Source: Candidatus Zixiibacteriota bacterium | GTDB taxonomy: Bacteria; Zixibacteria; MSB-5A5; GN15; JAAZOE01 | NCBI GenBank assembly: GCA_023138975.1 | Contig: JAGLON010000023.1 | Span: forward strand, 6,131-70,130 | DNA length: 64,000 bases | Direction: 5' to 3' | In this document: one piece after another, positions 59,959-64,000 of the stretch | How the letters are laid out: every line of letters starts with the position of its first letter | Numbering within the stretch: the first letter of the stretch is position 1 | Notes under the pieces: model-generated | Seen by the model: only the letters and a program-made list of their open reading frames with translations | Database searches by the model: none | Told to the model about the DNA's origin: nothing | Translations under genes and position numbers: made by a program

Positions 59959-61758
59959 ATGAAAAATCATAAACCACTATTACCTGTATCTCTATTTTTT
60001 ATAGCTCTACTCACAATATCAGTCTGCTCTGCTCAGACACCGCTTGATGTTGGAAATACGAAGCAACTCTTTATTGATGATTATTTTTTAGCCGACACGA
60101 CCAACGTATCGTTTACCGTCAATCCACCCCAATGTCTCGGACCGGTTGTACTGCCTGATAACCCCTGGGAAAACTGGTCGCTTAGCTACTTCAACATCAT
60201 GGACGACGGCGGTACTTACAAAATGTGGTACGGATGCTGGGAATGGCCCAGCCGGACACGGCGAATTTGCTATGCCACCTCGCCCAACGGTGTAACCTGG
60301 GACAAACCGAATCTGGGATTGGTCGAATTTCAAGGCTCTTATGATAACAACATTCTGCCTGTTGTCTTCGATGACGGCGGAACGGTTTTTATCGATCCTC
60401 TTGCCCCGGATGAAGCTCGCTACAAGATCACCGGAAACAATCCGTACCCGTATATTTATAATTCCTCCGACGGCATAAACTTCACTCTGGTTGATTCGGC
60501 CCTTTTGGATATGATGCCCGACAGTCATAATCCGATGTTTTATGATACCCGGCTGGACAAATACGTCGCCTACTTGCGCAGTTGGAACTTCCTGCCTGAT
60601 TATGATAGCGAAGCTATCCCCAACCGCACAGTCAGCCGTGTTGAGATGCTTGACCCTATTTCTTTCTGGGAATATCCCCCTGTCGATACTCATTTTTATA
60701 AATTCGGAGACACTCGCCCACCCGCGATAAGCGATGAGCTGGATATTGTCATGACGCTGGATTCTCTCGACCCGCCAGACGCCGATATTTACACATCGGG
60801 CATCATCCAATATATGGACAACAACGCAGTCTATTTCGCCTTCCCTTCTTTGAATTACCATTATCCCGAACCGCCGACCGGAGAATTCTATAACGATGGT
60901 ATTTTGAATATTCAATTGGCAGTCAGCCGCGACGGGTTGAATTGGAAACGATACCGTACGCCATACATTGATAATGCTGCCTGCGGGGATTCGCTCCGCC
61001 AAATGTATATTGGACTGGGACTGCTCAAGATAAACGATTCACTCTATCAATATCTGTACGGCGTTGAGGAAACGCACGGTGACTCTTTAAAGACCAGCGC
61101 CTATTACCGTTTCGGTCAGAGGTTGGATGGTTTTGTTTCTCTCGACGCCGGTTTTTCGGTCGGAAGCGCCGAGACTGTACCAATTTCGTTCTCAGGTAAT
61201 TCGCTTGATATAAATTATGAAACGTCGGGAAACGGATATGTTTTGTGCGAGTTGTTGGACGAGAACGGACTAGTTATCCCCGGTTTTTCAAAGGACGATG
61301 CCGATACGCTAAGAGGTTCGGAAACTACCAGTCATGCCTCATGGAACGGCCTGCGGAATATTGAATCTCTGCAAGGTACAACAATCAAACTTCGCTGGGA
61401 AATACAGGATGCAAAAATATATTCATTTCAATTTATCAATGACCCGGCCCTTGATGTTGATGATAATATAATCATCCCTGAACTGTTGTCGCTAAGCCAA
61501 AACTACCCCAACCCATTTAATCCAACGACCCGGATTGAATATCATCTAACCAGGGGCGGGTTCATTAGCCTGACGGTATTTAATCTGTCGGGACAAGTTA
61601 TCAAGTCGCTGATCAATAAAAGGCAACCTGCCGGAACTCATGTTGCAAAGTGGGACGGATCAAATGATTCCGGTCAGCCAGTCGCGTCAGGAATATATTT
61701 ATATGAAATTTCCTCAGATGCTAAACGAATTGCAAAGAAGATGGTGCTAATCAAATAG
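59959..61758 (+). CDS. Secreted five-bladed beta-propeller glycoside-hydrolase-like protein (GH32/43/130-like fold) with T9SS/FlgD-type CTD
   Basis: Signal peptide; QLFIDD, YKMWY, YATSPNGVTW.KP.LG, S.DGI, QLAVSRDG..W.R, RLDGFVSLDAG; LSQNYPNPFNP..KKMVLIK. Confidence 0.75.
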   Translation: MKNHKPLLPVSLFFIALLTISVCSAQTPLDVGNTKQLFIDDYFLADTTNVSFTVNPPQCLGPVVLPDNPWENWSLSYFNIMDDGGTYKMWYGCWEWPSRTRRICYATSPNGVTWDKPNLGLVEFQGSYDNNILPVVFDDGGTVFIDPLAPDEARYKITGNNPYPYIYNSSDGINFTLVDSALLDMMPDSHNPMFYDTRLDKYVAYLRSWNFLPDYDSEAIPNRTVSRVEMLDPISFWEYPPVDTHFYKFGDTRPPAISDELDIVMTLDSLDPPDADIYTSGIIQYMDNNAVYFAFPSLNYHYPEPPTGEFYNDGILNIQLAVSRDGLNWKRYRTPYIDNAACGDSLRQMYIGLGLLKINDSLYQYLYGVEETHGDSLKTSAYYRFGQRLDGFVSLDAGFSVGSAETVPISFSGNSLDINYETSGNGYVLCELLDENGLVIPGFSKDDADTLRGSETTSHASWNGLRNIESLQGTTIKLRWEIQDAKIYSFQFINDPALDVDDNIIIPELLSLSQNYPNPFNPTTRIEYHLTRGGFISLTVFNLSGQVIKSLINKRQPAGTHVAKWDGSNDSGQPVASGIYLYEISSDAKRIAKKMVLIK

Positions 61759-61796
61759 AAAACTACCGTTGAAGTAACAGCTTCCATTAATACTCC

Positions 61797-62081
61797 ACGT
61801 CATTCAGAGGAGCGAGGCCCTAAGAGCTATAGTCCCGCTTAGCGGGAGCCAAGCGACGTAGGAATCTCTTTTTCCCCGTAGGTCAAAACCCCTGCGGTCT
61901 TGACAAAAATACTGTTTTACATCCTGCAAATTTAGTGGGAACCAGATGTCCACATCTGCCAGAGATATACCCGGTACCCCAAGTCTTTAGACTTGGGAAA
62001 TGATAACACTCTATATACTTCACTACAATAAACTCGATTCGGTATCCCAAGGCTTTAGCCTTGGGTTACCAATTTGTATTT
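61797..62081. repeat. Cluster of five palindromic REP-like elements
   Basis: Repeat B 61797-61861; GTAG hairpin 61878-61904; GTGGGAAC-CAGATG..CATCTG 61935-61958; CCCAAGTC-ttta-GACTTGGG 61978-61997; repeat A 62037-62081. Confidence 0.75.
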
Positions 62082-62156
62082 CCACCGAACTTTTACTACA
62101 CTTCCGCGTACAAAGAACACTGCGGAACCTGCGACTACTTATTTTACGAGGATACG

Positions 62157-62579
62157 TTGAACGAACGACAATTCATCGAAGATAAAATTAAAATTTATTT
62201 TGAAATCGAAGAACACAATTGCGCCGTTTGTGTCATCAAAGTTTTATCCGAACGATTTGACTTTCCTATCGAGCAACAGACCCTCGACGCTTGCCTGGCT
62301 CAAAACGGACTCGGTCAATACGGAGCCCAATGCGGACTAATCACCGGAGCAACAATGTTTTTAGGCATCGTTGCTGCGCAGAATAATTGGGAAAAAGAAA
62401 AGCTATATCTCCACACAAGAGAATTGACAGCGCTATTTGAAAAGAAATTCAAATCGCTTCTGTGCAGTGCTATCCGGCCCGAGGGGTTCCACGAAGACAA
62501 CCCGCCCTACATTTGCCAACCCCGGACAGTTGACGCATTAGAAATATTTATAGATTATCTAAAAATCCACTTAGACTAA
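62157..62579 (+). CDS. C_GCAxxG_C_C family putative redox-active protein
   Basis: HNCA, GLG..G.QCGLITGA, F...F.SL.C, terminal C; likely TTG start at 62157 after a GAGGA RBS. Confidence 0.85.
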   Translation: MNERQFIEDKIKIYFEIEEHNCAVCVIKVLSERFDFPIEQQTLDACLAQNGLGQYGAQCGLITGATMFLGIVAAQNNWEKEKLYLHTRELTALFEKKFKSLLCSAIRPEGFHEDNPPYICQPRTVDALEIFIDYLKIHLD

Positions 62580-62592
62580 GCTTTGGCCAAAC

Positions 62593-62618
62593 AAAAAAGG
62601 CCCGCAAGTGCGGGCCTT
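62593..62618 (-). terminator. Intrinsic terminator between convergent genes
   Basis: AAAA-AAGGCCCGCA-ag-TGCGGGCCTT. Confidence 0.8.
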
Positions 62619-62638
62619 AAATCAATAAATTCGTAAAC

Positions 62639-63034
62639 TTACTTCTGGGTCGACTCGATTTCCATCTTACCTTGGCCGGTCACTACCTCGCCGGTGTGAT
62701 TGGGTCCAACGATGCGAATCGAAAAATGACCATCAGTTTTATTCCCAACTTTGACATAGCGGGACTGAGCATTATCGGGAAGATAAACGACGGCATTTCC
62801 TTTGCCCTTAAGTTCGCGGACGCCACCAGGCTGACCGCTGCCGGAACCGGAAAAGGTACCGTACCATTCGCCGTTGGCCTGAATTTCACAATACCAATCG
62901 CCGGAATAACCGTGTTTATAGGTCATGTTAGCATTTTCAAAAGTTTCACCATAGCTGCCGGATTTATACCCGCCGCAACCGAGCAAAAGCAGCATACAAA
63001 TTCCGGTAATGACAAAAGCTGATATACGAAGCAT
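62639..63034 (-). CDS. Small hypothetical lipoprotein
   Basis: AAGGAG RBS, lipobox LLGC, 131 aa. Confidence 0.7.
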   Translation of the reverse strand: MLRISAFVITGICMLLLLGCGGYKSGSYGETFENANMTYKHGYSGDWYCEIQANGEWYGTFSGSGSGQPGGVRELKGKGNAVVYLPDNAQSRYVKVGNKTDGHFSIRIVGPNHTGEVVTGQGKMEIESTQK

Positions 63035-63161
63035 TTTGTATCTCCTTATGGGATTACTATCACAGATTCCATTCTTTGATAGTATCGGTCATAGTTTAGC
63101 TGGCTGTACAGGGAGATGCAATATAAATAAACTTCTACTAATAGCCGAAGCCAACCAGTGT

Positions 63162-64000
63162 TTATTCTATCCGTTTAGAAAAGCGCATCCACGAGAGGGT
63201 GAAGATAATTGCACTGAAAGTTATCATAGCGAATATTTCTCGATAGAGCTCGGCTACTCCAGCTCCCTTCATCATTATTCCCCTGACAATCGCCATAAAA
63301 TAACGGAGAGGATTAAGGTAAGTAATATATTGCACAAAATCGGGCATATTGGAAATCGGAGTAAAGAAACCGGAGGTCATTATAGCGAAAACCGAAAAGA
63401 ACCAGGCAAAAAACATCGCCTGCTGCTGGGTAGCGGTAATAGTCGAAATAAACATTCCGACCCCCAGAGTCGTAAACAGAAAAACAAACGCCAATCCATA
63501 TAGCAATACCCATGAACCGGCAAAGGGGATGTTAAACCAGAGAATGCCAAACGCCAGCGCCATTGACATCTCGACATAGCCCAGTATCGCAAAGGGAATT
63601 GTCTTCCCAAAAATGAAGGCTGGAGTTTTTATCGGGGTGACCATCAGTTGTTCGAGCGTTCCTGTTTCCCGTTCCCGAACAATGGCCATTGAGGTTAGCA
63701 TGACCGTTATCATGGTCACCAGCACCGCAACAATCCCCGGAACCATAAAATAAACAGACTCCGCCTCCGGATTATAAAGACGCTTTTGCCGAAGCTCAAT
63801 CGGTACCCCTGCTTTCGTTTGCCGGTTGTTGAATTGAGCCGTGATCTGCCCGGCATAGGCCATCGCAATGGCTGCCGAATTAGCATTAGCGGCATCGACA
63901 ACAAACCCCGCCGTTATCGGTTTCCGGAGGGTAATATCTGATGAAAACCCACTCGGTATTATCAGAGCTGCGTCATACTGCCCTGATTTGAATCCGCTAT
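63162..64000 (-). CDS. ABC-2 type transporter permease (YbhR-like), 5'-truncated by the window edge
   Basis: YNP, FMVPG, VRERETGTLEQLMVTP, GKTIPF, SGFFTPISNMP, NPLRYF; frame is open to the window end. Confidence 0.93.
   Translation of the reverse strand, partial: SGFKSGQYDAALIIPSGFSSDITLRKPITAGFVVDAANANSAAIAMAYAGQITAQFNNRQTKAGVPIELRQKRLYNPEAESVYFMVPGIVAVLVTMITVMLTSMAIVRERETGTLEQLMVTPIKTPAFIFGKTIPFAILGYVEMSMALAFGILWFNIPFAGSWVLLYGLAFVFLFTTLGVGMFISTITATQQQAMFFAWFFSVFAIMTSGFFTPISNMPDFVQYITYLNPLRYFMAIVRGIMMKGAGVAELYREIFAMITFSAIIFTLSWMRFSKRIE

Noticed and set aside
60088-61002. 304-aa minus-strand ORF, and similar shadows such as 40447-41091 and 19014-19334
   Set aside because: Antisense to well-supported genes, with no motifs of their own.
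55147-63034. Integron cassette array
   Set aside because: No attC-like RYYYAAC..GTTRRRY sites recognised, several genes have their own promoters and terminators, and there is no integrase.

Overview
64 kb of bacterial chromosome, standard genetic code. The C-terminal 'CGDANxD..N.GDAV' dockerins, 'LSQNYPNPFNP..KKM.L.K' sorting tails and PorV-like gene suggest an FCB-group candidate-phylum organism, most like Zixibacteria; this is inferred from domain style only. Large secreted modular proteins dominate: four with a terminal dockerin, three with a T9SS/FlgD-type C-terminal domain (CTD), including a ~3200-aa VWA/Cys-rich-repeat/cohesin-like/dockerin/CTD giant, and a TonB-dependent receptor + CTD-like protein + PorV-like operon. 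Also present are two MacAB-type ABC clusters, a divergent GlpX-like protein, DUF401, MscS, a CPBP protease, a methyltransferase, a biotin-ligase-like protein and lipoproteins. Highlights: (1) a probable secreted selenoprotein that the ORF track splits in two at an in-frame TGA (thioredoxin UxxC + TPR-like, 26061-27248); (2) a probable non-cellulolytic cohesin-dockerin assembly, with a giant scaffold and an adaptor sharing a cohesin-like domain; (3) GGA-rich leaders and trailers around these genes; (4) clusters of REP/REPIN-like palindromes, two types of which bracket one gene. I found no rRNA, tRNA, CRISPR array, transposase or integrase. No database searches were run; all calls come from motif recognition.
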